Counted from the stretch's first letter, positions 9,790 through 20,043 are shown. The stretch: 64,000 bases of DNA from Vicinamibacteria bacterium (GCA_963422395.1 OY729431.1:1472001-1536000); one strand, 5' to 3'. The notes: generated from the letters alone by a model not told the origin. A program made the numbers and translations.

Positions 9790-11082
9790 ATGAGCAACGA
9801 GAACTTCGGGGGCGAAACCGATTTCCCCGAAATATCCGAAGGCCGCTGGCGGCTGCCCACCGGGCCTTCCCCGCTGGTGCGCTCCGGGCCGGGCGCCCTC
9901 GCCGTTCTCGGGGAGCTCGCGCGGGAGTTCGGCTTTCAGCGAACCCTGGTGTGCTCCGATCCCGGAATCGCCGCTGCCGGGATCACCGGCCGCGCACTCG
10001 ACAGCCTGCGCGCTGCCGGGATCACCGCTGCCTGCTTTTCCGATTTCGCCGAAAATCCAAAGGAGTCCGAGGTGGCGCGCGGCGCGGAAGCCGCCCGGCG
10101 GCTAGGAGCCGACTCGCTCGCCGGAGTCGGCGGCGGCAGCTCGCTCGATGTGGCGAAGGGGGTCGGCTTCCTGCTCGCCGGCGGCGGGCGGATGGAGGAT
10201 TACCGGGGCTACGACCGCTGCCCGGCGCCGCTCCCCCCGCTCCTCGGAGTTCCCACCACCGCGGGAACCGGCAGCGAGGCGCAGTCCTACGCGCTGATCT
10301 CCCGCGACCGGGACCATCGAAAATGCGCCTGCGGCGCGCCCTCGGCGATGTTCCGCGGGGTGGTGCTCGACCCCGAGCTCTTGCCTTCGGCGCCGCTTCC
10401 GGTGATCGCCGCCGCCGGCTTCGACGCGGTGGCCCACGCGGTCGAGACTGCGGTGAGCTCGAAGCGCACCGAAGAGTCCCTGCCCCTGAGCCAGCGCGCC
10501 TTCCGGCTGCTCCGCCGGGCGTTTCCCGAAATTCTCGGCGGGCAACCCGGCGCGAGTGCCTGGGAGGCGATGCAGCGGGGCGCCTTCCTCGCCGGAGCGG
10601 CCATCGAGCGGTCCATGCTCGGTGCCGCCCACGCGCTGGCGAACCCGCTGACCCGCCTTCATGGTCTCGCCCATGGCCGGGCGCTCGCCATCACCCTGCC
10701 GCCGGTCACCCGCTGGAACGGAGAGGCGGATCGAAGCGGCAAGCGGGGGCGGGGGCGAGTGGGGGAGGGCTACCGAGCGCTCCTCCGCGCCGCCGACCTT
10801 TGCCCCCCGGGCAGCGGCGATCCTGCGAAAGGGTCCGGGAAGACGCCCGCCGAGATGCCCGAGGGAAGGCCGGAGGAGACGCTCGCCGAGCTGCTCGGGG
10901 AGTGGGTCCGCGCCGCCGGACTGCCGGAAAGCCTCGCCGCCGCCGGAATCCCTGCCCCCGAAACGCCTGCCCCCGACTGGTCGGCACTCGCCCGAGAAGC
11001 GGCCGAGGAGTGGACCGGGCGCTGCAACCCGCGCCCTTTCGATGCGGCCGCCGCACTCGCCCTCTATCGTTCCTGCGCTTGA
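9790..11082 (+). CDS. iron-containing alcohol dehydrogenase
   Basis: GGGSSLDVAK, PTTAGTGSE, DAVAHAVE and HALAN...HG metal ligands. Confidence 0.9.
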   Translation: MSNENFGGETDFPEISEGRWRLPTGPSPLVRSGPGALAVLGELAREFGFQRTLVCSDPGIAAAGITGRALDSLRAAGITAACFSDFAENPKESEVARGAEAARRLGADSLAGVGGGSSLDVAKGVGFLLAGGGRMEDYRGYDRCPAPLPPLLGVPTTAGTGSEAQSYALISRDRDHRKCACGAPSAMFRGVVLDPELLPSAPLPVIAAAGFDAVAHAVETAVSSKRTEESLPLSQRAFRLLRRAFPEILGGQPGASAWEAMQRGAFLAGAAIERSMLGAAHALANPLTRLHGLAHGRALAITLPPVTRWNGEADRSGKRGRGRVGEGYRALLRAADLCPPGSGDPAKGSGKTPAEMPEGRPEETLAELLGEWVRAAGLPESLAAAGIPAPETPAPDWSALAREAAEEWTGRCNPRPFDAAAALALYRSCA

Positions 11083-12347
11083 TGCGATCCCTCCGCTTCC
11101 GGCACCCCGGATTCCTGCCGATCGGACTCCTGCTGCTCTTCTCGGCGGCGCCCGCGCCCGCCCTCGGCCAACATCCCCCCGACCAGGCAGTGTTCGAGCC
11201 GGGCAGCGCGGACTGGCCGCAATTTCGCCGCGACGCCGCGCTCACCGGAGTGGCCGCCTCCGGCCCCGGGGACGCCCTGGAACCGATCTGGACCGTGCCG
11301 CTCGGCTTTTCGGTCGAGTCCTCCCCGGCGGTGGTGGACGGCTTCGTGTACGCCACCGCGCTTCCCGGGGTGCTGGTGAAGCTCGACCTCACGACTGGCG
11401 CTGAGCAGTGGCGCTATCAGCCGGGCAACGAGCCGGTAGCTATCGAGCCGGCGCCAGCCGCAGCTCCCGAGGAGGCCGCCGCCGCACCCGTCGCTTCAGC
11501 GCCCGACGGTTTCGAAGAAGACCGCTTCGGCGAGTCCTCACCGGCGGTTTCCGGCGGCGCGGTGTTCCTCGGCGACCTCCTCGGGGTGCTCCACGCGGTG
11601 TCTGCCGCTACCGGAGAGGCGCTTTGGAGCTTCACCACCGGCGCCGAGATCAAGGCTTCTCCGGTAGTGGCGGACGAGCTGGTGCTCATCGGCAGCTACG
11701 ACGAGCACTTCTACGCCTTGGAGCGGGAGAGCGGGGCGCTCGCCTGGTCGATCCGGACCGAAGGGCCGCTCCACGCGACCCCGGCGCGCCACCAGGGACT
11801 CGCCTGGATCACCGGCTGCGACGCGGTGCTGCGCGGAGTGCGGATCCGCGACGGAGTCGAGGTCCGGCGCTTCGACTCCGGGGCCTACACCGCCGCCTCG
11901 CCGGTGATCAGCGGCGGCACGCTCTTCTACGGCACCTTCGACAACGAGGTGCTGGCGGTCGACGCCTCCTCCGGCAGGCTCCGCTGGCGCTACCAGCACC
12001 CGGAACGGCACTTTCCCTTCTACGCTTCGGCGGCGGCGGCGGGAGAGCTGGTGATCGTCGCCGGACGGGACAAGCTGGTCCACGCGCTCGACCGGGAGAC
12101 CGGCGAGGCCCGCTGGACCTTCCGCGCCCGCGCGCGCTTCGATGCCTCCCCGGCGGTCGCCGGCGGCCGGGTGTATGCGGGGAACGCCGACGGGCGGCTC
12201 TATGTGCTCGACCTCGAGAGCGGAGAAAAGCTCTCCGAGTTCCACGCCGGCGCTCCCATCATGGGATCTCCGGCGATCAGCGGCGACCGCATCGTCTTCG
12301 GGACCCAGGACGGCACTCTCTTCGCGCTCGGCCCGAAGCGCCGCTGA
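11082..12347 (+). CDS. PQQ/BamB-like beta-propeller repeat protein
   Basis: ATG overlaps ADH stop (TGATG); DWPQFR and repeated (E)SSPAV/ASPVV/ATPA blades. Confidence 0.88.
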   Translation: MRSLRFRHPGFLPIGLLLLFSAAPAPALGQHPPDQAVFEPGSADWPQFRRDAALTGVAASGPGDALEPIWTVPLGFSVESSPAVVDGFVYATALPGVLVKLDLTTGAEQWRYQPGNEPVAIEPAPAAAPEEAAAAPVASAPDGFEEDRFGESSPAVSGGAVFLGDLLGVLHAVSAATGEALWSFTTGAEIKASPVVADELVLIGSYDEHFYALERESGALAWSIRTEGPLHATPARHQGLAWITGCDAVLRGVRIRDGVEVRRFDSGAYTAASPVISGGTLFYGTFDNEVLAVDASSGRLRWRYQHPERHFPFYASAAAAGELVIVAGRDKLVHALDRETGEARWTFRARARFDASPAVAGGRVYAGNADGRLYVLDLESGEKLSEFHAGAPIMGSPAISGDRIVFGTQDGTLFALGPKRR

Positions 12348-12453
12348 TCCTCCCTCCGGACGGGAGAGGAGACGGGAGAAATCCGTAGCGCGGAGCGGCA
12401 CGGTTCGGTGTCGGGTTCGGCTTCCGGGGCGGCCCGACGCTCGGGGAGGCTGT

Positions 12454-12657
12454 TCAGATCGGGACGCACATCCCCAGGCCGCACATCCCGAAGAAGAACA
12501 ACACCAGGATGAGGCAGCCCAGGCAGGCGATCCCTTTCACGACCGTTTTGACCGTGCGTTCGCCTCCGCTCAGGCCGGGATGCCGGATGCCGCAGTGCGG
12601 GCAGGTCTTCGCCTGGCTGGAGACCTCTTTCCCGCACTCGGAGCAGGACTGCATCAT
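12454..12657 (-). CDS. small zinc-ribbon membrane protein (67 aa)
   Basis: AAGGAGG RBS; CSECGKEVSSQAKTCPHCG followed by a hydrophobic Cys-rich helix. Confidence 0.75.
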   Translation of the reverse strand: MMQSCSECGKEVSSQAKTCPHCGIRHPGLSGGERTVKTVVKGIACLGCLILVLFFFGMCGLGMCVPI

Positions 12658-12755
12658 GATGCTTCCTCCTTCCCGGCTCCCCCGCCGGTTCGAATCGGGG
12701 CTCCTCGACGGAGCGTAGCGGAGGATCGGCTCTTCGGACGGAGCGGTGATCTCGT

Positions 12756-15700
12756 TCAGCCTTCGGGTTCGGCGTCGGGGCGGCCCGCCGCCAGGGCGTT
12801 TCCCCAGGCGAGGGCGAGGTCGCGCGATCGGTAGCTCCCGAATGTCTGCTGCTCCTGGCGTTCGAGGAGCGGGAAGGTCGAGTAGATATGCCGCACCTCG
12901 TCCCGGTCGCTCACTCCGTAGAGGTGGAAGAAGACTGCGTCGATCTTTGCGCGGAGGCGGAGGCGCCGGTCCTCGTTCCAGACGAAGGGCGGGCGGACCC
13001 GGCCGGAGGCGTCCAGATACCCGAGCTGCTCGGCGAAGGATGCCAGGTCGTTCGCGGTGTAGCTGAGCTCGAGCACCGCTTCGCGGACGATCTCGAAGGC
13101 GGTCTTCGGTCCGAAGCGGACGGCCTCGTAGGCCTCCGGCGGCACCACCGGCAGCTGCTCCAGCAGGAACAGGTTGAGGGTCTGACCCTGGACCTTCTGG
13201 CGGGCCACGAAGTCCAGCGGAATCGAGTTCAGATTGGCTGCCAGCAGCCACTCGCGCCGCTCGGTGAAAAGCGGGCAGAGAACCGGAATCTTGTTCCCGA
13301 AACCCACCGCCGGGAGGAGCGCGGCGATCACCGTACGGATGTTCGTCGTCGCAGTGATTTCCTTGAAACCGAGGACCCATCCCGTCTCCGGCTGCCAGCC
13401 GCAGTCGGCTTCCGGTATCCAGAACTGCGGCTCCGGCGACCAGTCGGGATCGCGGTGCTGTTCGAGGGCGGCGGGGACGGGGACGCCGGGGCGGTGCCGG
13501 TTCTCCGGATTCACCGCGACGCGCGCCGCCCGGTGATCGAACGCCTGCACCATCTTCCCCTCGTAGAGGGGGACGAAGGCGCCGGAAGGGCTGTCGAAGA
13601 GGTTTCCGCGGACGCGCCAGGCGCCCTCCTTCTCCTCCAATTCGGCGCGGGTGCGGAACCGCCGGGAATCGTTCGTCATGTCGAACATGCGGACATATTT
13701 CACCGGCCACGCCCGCACCGCCTCGCCAGCCGACCGGTCCACCAGCACCGGCAGCCGCCGGTAGATCGCGGTGGTGATCTCCTGGTCGCGCCGGCTGCGG
13801 AAGATCGGGGCAGTGCCGGTGTTCGGGTTCACCCGGCGGAAGTCCTCCGGGCTCAGCTCGAGCACCCGCTCCGGATCGCCGAGCTCCGAGATGCTCTGCA
13901 GGAAGAAGGCGCAGCGGGCGGGCGCGTTCGTCGGGGAGCGTCCCGCCGCCAGGACGCAGAATTTGAAGCGCGAGTCCACTGCCGGGAAAAAGGGCGGCGC
14001 GCCGAATCTCGTCCTCCGGTTCTCGAAGTCGTAGAGCGCCCGCAGCTTTCCCGCACTGGTGAGCGAGCGGAAGAAAGGGGCCGCCGTCTTGTCGGCAGCG
14101 ATCCCCGAAGGCACCAGCAGCCCCAGCACTCCCTCGGGGTGCAGCAGCGCCATCCCCCGCTCGACGAAGAGCGAGTAGAGGTTCAGGTCTCCCCTGCCGA
14201 GGAGCGGATAGTCGCCGGATTCCCGCGCCACCCGCGCGGCGGCCCGCGCCCGCCGGTCGGCCCGCGCGAAATCGGCGGCGAGCGGGTCCCCGCTCTTCCC
14301 GAGCGCCGCGATCTTCGCCTTCCGGTCGGAAGCGCGCTGGGCCCCGGCGATCTCCGGGCGGCGGAGTGCGAACCATTCGACCTGCTGCAGCTTCACCCGG
14401 TCCCAGGGCGGGTTGCCGATCACCGCGTCGAACCCGCCCCGCTCCGGGCTCTCGGCATCCGGCTCGGCGAAGACGCCCGGGAAGGCGAGCTCCCAGGAAA
14501 GGAAGCTCTCCTCGGCGGCGAGGCGGCGCGCCTCGTCGAGGAGTCCCCGGAACTTCGCCGCCAGCGCGCCCTCACCGGGGACCTCGATCTCGCCGGCGGC
14601 AGCCTCGGCAGCGAGAGCCACCGGATCGCCGAACCGCCCGCCCAGGTAGGCCTTCACCGCGGCGCGCGCCTCGCGCGACCGGTCCTCCAGCCAGTCGAGG
14701 GCGTGGAGCACCGACAAGAAGGCGGCGAAGGGGCGGGTCCGCTCCTGGATCTCGTCGAACAGGCGCTCCGATTCGCTCACCTCGGAGAGTTCGGCGTCGC
14801 TCAGCCGTTCGATGGCCGCCATCGGCGAAGCCGCCGCTGCTGCCCGGCGGATCGGTCCGGCGACGAAGAGCGGACCGCCCTCGGCGAGCGCGCGCGCCTT
14901 CCCCTCGCGCACCCAGGAACCGAAGAGGCTGTCGCCCGAGCGCAGGTGGTGGTCCAGGAAGGAGAGCGGCGCCCCCACGGTGAAGGAGTGGAGCCAGAGG
15001 GAGAGCTTGGCGAGCTCGACCGCCATCGGGTTCTTGTCCACCCCGTAGATCGAGCGTTTCAGCACCATCCGGCGGACCAGCTGCCGGTCGTCGAGCTGCG
15101 ACGGTTCCACCGTCCAGCCCCCGGCGCGCGCGTTTTCCAGGATCGTTTGGCGGATCTCGCGGATGCGGGCTGCGACCGGCGATTCGTAGCCCGGCGCCTG
15201 CTCGTGGGTGAGTGCGAGGGCCTCGATCACCCCGTCGGTGAGGTAGTCGAGCAGGCTCACCAGGAAGTGCCCCGAGCCCATCGCCGGATCCAGGACCTTC
15301 AGGGCGAGGATCCGCGAGGCGGCGTCCGCCGCAGCGAGCTCCGCCGGGTCGGCTTCGGGACCGGCGCACTCGGCAAACTCGTGCAGGGCCTTCTCCACCC
15401 GCGGGCTGACGGTCTCCTCGATCACCAGGCGGACCAGGGGCTCCGGGGTGTAGTAGCTGCCCGAATCCCTCCGCGCCGCCGAGTTCGGCCGCACCACCAC
15501 TCTTCGAGCGACTCCCCCTTCGTCTTCCTTTCCTGCTTCCCCTGCCTTCTCGTGGACGACCTCCTGTTCCAGGAGCCGTTCGTAGATCGAGCCCAATTGC
15601 GAGACCGAGAGGTCCCGGTAGTTGAGGTAGCGCCGGCCGCCCGGCGCTTCGCGGAAGCCCAGCCGGTCCACCACCCGCGCCACCGCCGCGTCCGACAGCG

Positions 15701-16856
15701 CGATCCGATCGAGGAGCGGCGCTCGGCTCCGGTCGAAGAGCCCGCCGTTGTAGGGCGGCAGCCCGAAGGCGGGGTCGCCGGAATCGAGGACGCGGCAGAG
15801 ATCGGTGATCTGGTGCCAGTAGCCGCTGGCCTGCTCCGAGAAGGCCTCCCCCCGGTCCAGCCGCTCGGCGATGTCGCCCCGGACCTGATGGCGCAGCCCG
15901 ATGTTCCGGTAGCGGGAGTCGCCCACCGGCAGCAGCCCCCGGTCTTCGGCGTAGAGGATGAAGAGCAGGCGATAGAGCAGCACCAGCGCCGCTTCCTGGA
16001 CCTCGGGGAGCGGGGCGTCCGGCGCCGCTCCGGCGATCCTGGCGGCGAGCCCCCCGAACACCTCGCCGAAGACCACCTTCGAGAGATCGCCGGCCACCTT
16101 TTCTGCGAAGTAACGCCCCTGTTCCAGGGCGAGATCGTGGACCGTCTCCCCACCGCCGCCCTCCGGCAGGAACCCGTCGCGCCGGAAGAAGAGGGTGAAG
16201 AGCGTCAGTTCGTCGAGCGGCTCGCCTCCCTCGAGCGGGAACCGATCGGGAGCGCTGCCGGTCGGATCCAACGCCCGATCCAGCTCCACCTCGAAGAAAT
16301 CGCCGGAGACCGAGCGCGCCTCGGTGTGGTAGAGGCGCCAGCGGGCGCCGTTCGTCAGGATGCCCCAGCGCACCCGCCCGCCGGTGGCGGTCCGCGCCCG
16401 TCGCAGGTAGCGGAGCATCTGGGTGGCTGGCGCCGCCCGGTCGGAACCGGAAGGCCGATCCAGATCCAGCTTCCAGCGTTTCGTTTCGACGAGGCAGACG
16501 CCGAAGGCGAATCGCCGGAATTCGTCCTCGACTCGGAGCGCCTGCGTCTTTTCGGCAGCGTTCAGGAACAGGAGTCCGTCGGGGATGTCCCGGCGGCCGT
16601 GGAGGCTCAGGTTCTGCTCCCGAAGCGTTTCGGTCCAGCCGAGTGCCCCGAGCACTCGCCAGACGAGTTCGTCGGCAGTGACCTGCTCGCTGACCCTCTG
16701 TTCCGACGCGCTCGGTGCGGGAAACTCGGCGCGGAGGCGCCGGAGCTTTGCGGCGAGGCCGGATGCGAGGTCGCCCCGCGCCGCTTTCCAGGCGGCGAGC
16801 TCGCGCACCCCTTCGGCGAGGAACTCACCGGAAAAGAGTGATCCCGCCGCCATCAT
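12756..16856 (-). CDS. Type IIG/IIL (Eco57I-like) fused restriction endonuclease-N6 adenine methyltransferase
   Basis: N-terminal PD...ETK nuclease motif, WGILTNG, SGSYYTP, DPAMGSGHFL (motif I), GVD, GNPPW (motif IV), C-terminal TRD-like region. Confidence 0.92.
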   Translation of the reverse strand: MMAAGSLFSGEFLAEGVRELAAWKAARGDLASGLAAKLRRLRAEFPAPSASEQRVSEQVTADELVWRVLGALGWTETLREQNLSLHGRRDIPDGLLFLNAAEKTQALRVEDEFRRFAFGVCLVETKRWKLDLDRPSGSDRAAPATQMLRYLRRARTATGGRVRWGILTNGARWRLYHTEARSVSGDFFEVELDRALDPTGSAPDRFPLEGGEPLDELTLFTLFFRRDGFLPEGGGGETVHDLALEQGRYFAEKVAGDLSKVVFGEVFGGLAARIAGAAPDAPLPEVQEAALVLLYRLLFILYAEDRGLLPVGDSRYRNIGLRHQVRGDIAERLDRGEAFSEQASGYWHQITDLCRVLDSGDPAFGLPPYNGGLFDRSRAPLLDRIALSDAAVARVVDRLGFREAPGGRRYLNYRDLSVSQLGSIYERLLEQEVVHEKAGEAGKEDEGGVARRVVVRPNSAARRDSGSYYTPEPLVRLVIEETVSPRVEKALHEFAECAGPEADPAELAAADAASRILALKVLDPAMGSGHFLVSLLDYLTDGVIEALALTHEQAPGYESPVAARIREIRQTILENARAGGWTVEPSQLDDRQLVRRMVLKRSIYGVDKNPMAVELAKLSLWLHSFTVGAPLSFLDHHLRSGDSLFGSWVREGKARALAEGGPLFVAGPIRRAAAAASPMAAIERLSDAELSEVSESERLFDEIQERTRPFAAFLSVLHALDWLEDRSREARAAVKAYLGGRFGDPVALAAEAAAGEIEVPGEGALAAKFRGLLDEARRLAAEESFLSWELAFPGVFAEPDAESPERGGFDAVIGNPPWDRVKLQQVEWFALRRPEIAGAQRASDRKAKIAALGKSGDPLAADFARADRRARAAARVARESGDYPLLGRGDLNLYSLFVERGMALLHPEGVLGLLVPSGIAADKTAAPFFRSLTSAGKLRALYDFENRRTRFGAPPFFPAVDSRFKFCVLAAGRSPTNAPARCAFFLQSISELGDPERVLELSPEDFRRVNPNTGTAPIFRSRRDQEITTAIYRRLPVLVDRSAGEAVRAWPVKYVRMFDMTNDSRRFRTRAELEEKEGAWRVRGNLFDSPSGAFVPLYEGKMVQAFDHRAARVAVNPENRHRPGVPVPAALEQHRDPDWSPEPQFWIPEADCGWQPETGWVLGFKEITATTNIRTVIAALLPAVGFGNKIPVLCPLFTERREWLLAANLNSIPLDFVARQKVQGQTLNLFLLEQLPVVPPEAYEAVRFGPKTAFEIVREAVLELSYTANDLASFAEQLGYLDASGRVRPPFVWNEDRRLRLRAKIDAVFFHLYGVSDRDEVRHIYSTFPLLERQEQQTFGSYRSRDLALAWGNALAAGRPDAEPEG

Positions 16857-16965
16857 CGGACCCGAGCGCGTCTCGCTCGGACCGGAGGCGAAGGCGGCCT
16901 GGCGAGCCCCGGCGCTGCTCTTCGGCAATCCCTGTCCCGGCGACTCCGGCTCTCAAAGGGGCGGG

Positions 16966-18183
16966 TCAGAGGCGGTTCATCGCTTCGAGAAGGGGCCAGA
17001 ACGAAAGCTGCTCCACTGCGTGGCTGCGGTAGATGCCGAGCCCGTCCATTCCGGCGGCGCGGGCGATGCGGGCCGCCTCCATCATCGCCCGCGGGTCTTG
17101 CAGGCTGCCCGGGTGGTAACAGGAGAACTCGGCCACCGTGGGCACCCGACCGCCGACCGTCTCCACGAAATGGCGGCAGCGCCGCTCGATCGTGGCGAGG
17201 TCGGTCGTGGAACGGAACCACAGGTGCATCTCGTCGCAAAGGCTCTGTTCCACCCAGGCGGCGAAGTCCTGCATCCGCGGGAGATAGCCGTCCACCCCGC
17301 GGTCGATCACGGTGATCGTGAACGCCGCATCGGCGCGGGCGGTTTTCACTCCGTCGCGGATGGCGCGCACCATCTCGGTCCAGCGGTCGGCGCGGAATTG
17401 CACCCACTCCGGATCGCGGTTCGGCAGCGCGAAGGGGTCCCGCCCGGTCGTCTCGCGGAAGGCGTCGGCGATCGAGTCCTCGTAGCCGTCGGTGCTGACT
17501 CCGTCCTCGTCCTCGTTGATGGAGACGAACTCGGCCTGGATACCGCGGGCACCGCTCCGAGAGAGCAGCTCGCCGAAGGCCCGCGCCTCTTCCGCTCGGC
17601 CGCCAGGCGATCCGGGACTCAAGAACACCCGCTGGTAGGGGCGGAGCGCGTCGGTTCGCTCCCGGTTCCGGTGGCGGTGTTCGGGGTGGTCTCGCAGGAA
17701 GTCGCTCAGGCTCTCGACCCGCCGGGGATGGCTCCAGATCGGGCGGTGGGCGTTCAGGACCGTCCGGCCTGCTTCGCTGCCGAAGCGCGGCACCATGAAG
17801 TTCGAAGACCAGGCCGGGTACATCCGCATCCCGCCGTGCGAGGCGACCGCCTTGTAAGGATGGACTTCGACCCCCACTGCGGCGCCCGCCTCGACGAGCT
17901 CGGCGCTCGCGCCCGGAGCGAAGACGCGGGAGACTCCGTGATCGGCGCACTTGCGGACATAGACTTCGACCTCGGTCTCCCCGGTGGTGCTGCGGAAGGC
18001 TTCCCCCAGGCCGAGGTCCTGCCCCCAGAGCGCCACCCCCGCCGGCGGCGGCCCGGCGGCCGGTCTGCCGGCAGGTTCGGCGCTGGCAGGCCGAACGCCG
18101 ACAGGTGCGGCCAGTACCGGAAGCGCGACCGCTCCCGGGAAAGCCAGGCCCTTCAGGAATTCGCGGCGGCGGAACGCGCTCAT
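16966..18183 (-). CDS. Tat-exported glycoside hydrolase-like (GHL10-like TIM barrel) protein
   Basis: MSAFRRREFLK Tat signal; AF...TGRDP...EWVQFRAD and QDFAAWVEQ segments reminiscent of GHL10. Confidence 0.6.
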   Translation of the reverse strand: MSAFRRREFLKGLAFPGAVALPVLAAPVGVRPASAEPAGRPAAGPPPAGVALWGQDLGLGEAFRSTTGETEVEVYVRKCADHGVSRVFAPGASAELVEAGAAVGVEVHPYKAVASHGGMRMYPAWSSNFMVPRFGSEAGRTVLNAHRPIWSHPRRVESLSDFLRDHPEHRHRNRERTDALRPYQRVFLSPGSPGGRAEEARAFGELLSRSGARGIQAEFVSINEDEDGVSTDGYEDSIADAFRETTGRDPFALPNRDPEWVQFRADRWTEMVRAIRDGVKTARADAAFTITVIDRGVDGYLPRMQDFAAWVEQSLCDEMHLWFRSTTDLATIERRCRHFVETVGGRVPTVAEFSCYHPGSLQDPRAMMEAARIARAAGMDGLGIYRSHAVEQLSFWPLLEAMNRL

Positions 18184-19463
18184 CCGGTCACTCCGTTTCG
18201 GACGGCATCCTCGATCCCGGCAGCGAACAGATCCACCTCTTCGAGGGTGGTGAAGACGCTCGGCGAAACCCGGATGCAGTCGAACTCGCCCCGAACGAAG
18301 CGGGGTCGGACATGGACCCGATACTCGTGCTCGAGAAAGTCGGTCAACGCTCCGGAGTCCACCCCTTCGATCCGCATCGCCCCGATCCCGCAGGCTTGCC
18401 GGATGTCCGGCGGGTTCAGCACCCGAACCCCGGGCAGCTCCTGCACCCGCTCGGCCCAGCGCTGCCGCAGGTACAGCAGGCGCTCGGCCTTCCGCTCGGC
18501 GCCGAGGCCCTCGTGGAAGGTGACCGCCTCGGTGATCGGCCCTCGGAGCGCCACCGGGTTCGTCCCGATCTGCTCGAACTTGCGGATGTCGTCGGCCTGA
18601 CTCGCAGGCGCGCTCATCAGCGGCCAGACCCTCGGAATCTTCTCCTTGCGGACATAGAGGAACCCGGTGCCCACCGGGGCGAAGAGCCATTTGTGGAGGC
18701 TGGTGCCGTAGTAGTCGCAGTCGAGCTCGTCGCGGGTGAAGGGGAAATGGGCGAAGCCGTGGGCGCCGTCCACCAGCGTCTCGACGCCGCGGCGGCGGGC
18801 CATCCGGCAGATCTCTCCCACCGGGAAGATCTGCCCGGTGGTGTAGGTGGTGTGGCAGATCAGCAGCAGCTTCGTCTTCTCGGTGATCGCGCGTTCGAGG
18901 ATCCCGGTGAGTTCCGAGAGGTCCTCCGGCGGCGTGGGGTACGGGACCGTCCGCAGCACGATGCCGTCGCGCCGCTCCCGCTGGCGGAAGGTGGTGAGCA
19001 TCCGGGGGTAGTCCTGGGTGGTGGTGAGCACCTCGTCCCCGGCTTCGAGCGGCAGGCCGAACTGCACGATCTCCATCGCCTCGCTCGCGTTTCGGGTGAA
19101 GGCCAGCTCGTCGGCCCCGCAGCCGAAGGCTGCGGCGAGCCGCCGCCGCGCCACTTCGAGGCGCGGGCCGAGCAGCTCGTCCACATAGAGCGAGGGCCCC
19201 ATGTTGGTGATGTCCCAGTACTGCTGCATCGCCCGTTGGACCGAGACCGGCGCCGGGCTCACGCTGCCCGAGTTCAGGTTGATGTGGTTACGGTCGATGG
19301 TGAAGGCCTCGCGCACTCGGAACCAGAAGTCCTCGTCCCGGGCTGCCTCGGCCGCAGTGCGCCCGCCGAGCTGCGCGGCCGCCTTTCCGATCCGCGCTTC
19401 GGCGTCCTCTTGGAGCGCGGTGAGGAGGCCGCCGGCCGCCCCCAGAAAAGTCCTTCGGAGCAT
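18180..19463 (-). CDS. Tat-exported aminotransferase class V (isopenicillin N epimerase/PvdN-like)
   Basis: MLRRTFLG Tat signal; LNSGSVSP, TRNASEA, VDGAH, SLHKWL PLP lysine. Confidence 0.88.
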   Translation of the reverse strand: MLRRTFLGAAGGLLTALQEDAEARIGKAAAQLGGRTAAEAARDEDFWFRVREAFTIDRNHINLNSGSVSPAPVSVQRAMQQYWDITNMGPSLYVDELLGPRLEVARRRLAAAFGCGADELAFTRNASEAMEIVQFGLPLEAGDEVLTTTQDYPRMLTTFRQRERRDGIVLRTVPYPTPPEDLSELTGILERAITEKTKLLLICHTTYTTGQIFPVGEICRMARRRGVETLVDGAHGFAHFPFTRDELDCDYYGTSLHKWLFAPVGTGFLYVRKEKIPRVWPLMSAPASQADDIRKFEQIGTNPVALRGPITEAVTFHEGLGAERKAERLLYLRQRWAERVQELPGVRVLNPPDIRQACGIGAMRIEGVDSGALTDFLEHEYRVHVRPRFVRGEFDCIRVSPSVFTTLEEVDLFAAGIEDAVRNGVTG

Positions 19464-19614
19464 GGAACCCCTCCCCTCGATCGGCTCCCGAACATACCAT
19501 CGGGCGCCGAACCGTTCTTGGGTACCCTTTCGAGCGCCTCCGTCTGCCCCGGGTCTCCCGCGCTGCCTGGCCGGCTTCGGGCATTTCGGGGATCGGAGCG
19601 GGGCGAGTGGAGAT

Positions 19615-20043
19615 ATGACCCGAACGACGGACTTCGCCGACGCCCATCTTCGGCACGGGGAGGATGCCGAACTGTTGTTCGGTTCGAAACGCTTCGGGGG
19701 TGCCGACCACCTCTACGGGCTGAGCGCCGAATGCGGTCTGAAGGCGGTCATGGAACGGTTGGGCATGGAGGTGGACGCGGCCGGCACTCCGAAAGATCCC
19801 CACTACAAGAAGCACATCCATGAGCTCTGGCCTATCTTCGAGGACTTCATCCAGAATCGGAAGCAGGCTCGGTTTCGACTCCCGCCGGGCAAGCCGTTCG
19901 CCGACTGGTCGCATCATGACCGGTATGCGCCCCGAAGCCGTTTCGAGGAGGGGAGCGTGGATCGGCACCGACTCGGCGCGAAGATGATTCTGCCCCTGGT
20001 GGAACGGGCACGGCTGGAGCTGGAACCACCGGAGCAGGAATGA
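19615..20043 (+). CDS. HEPN-like small protein
   Basis: ATG after GGAG; H..DAELL...R...ADHLYGLSAECGLKA and W....RY pattern of HEPN-fold proteins. Confidence 0.65.
   Translation: MTRTTDFADAHLRHGEDAELLFGSKRFGGADHLYGLSAECGLKAVMERLGMEVDAAGTPKDPHYKKHIHELWPIFEDFIQNRKQARFRLPPGKPFADWSHHDRYAPRSRFEEGSVDRHRLGAKMILPLVERARLELEPPEQE

Noticed and set aside
12888-16841. 1317-aa plus-strand ORF and similar long antisense ORFs (5970..8234, 27194..30424, 54102..57479, 22157..24265)
   Set aside because: Shadow frames opposite genes with clear motifs; expected at high GC; no recognisable domains
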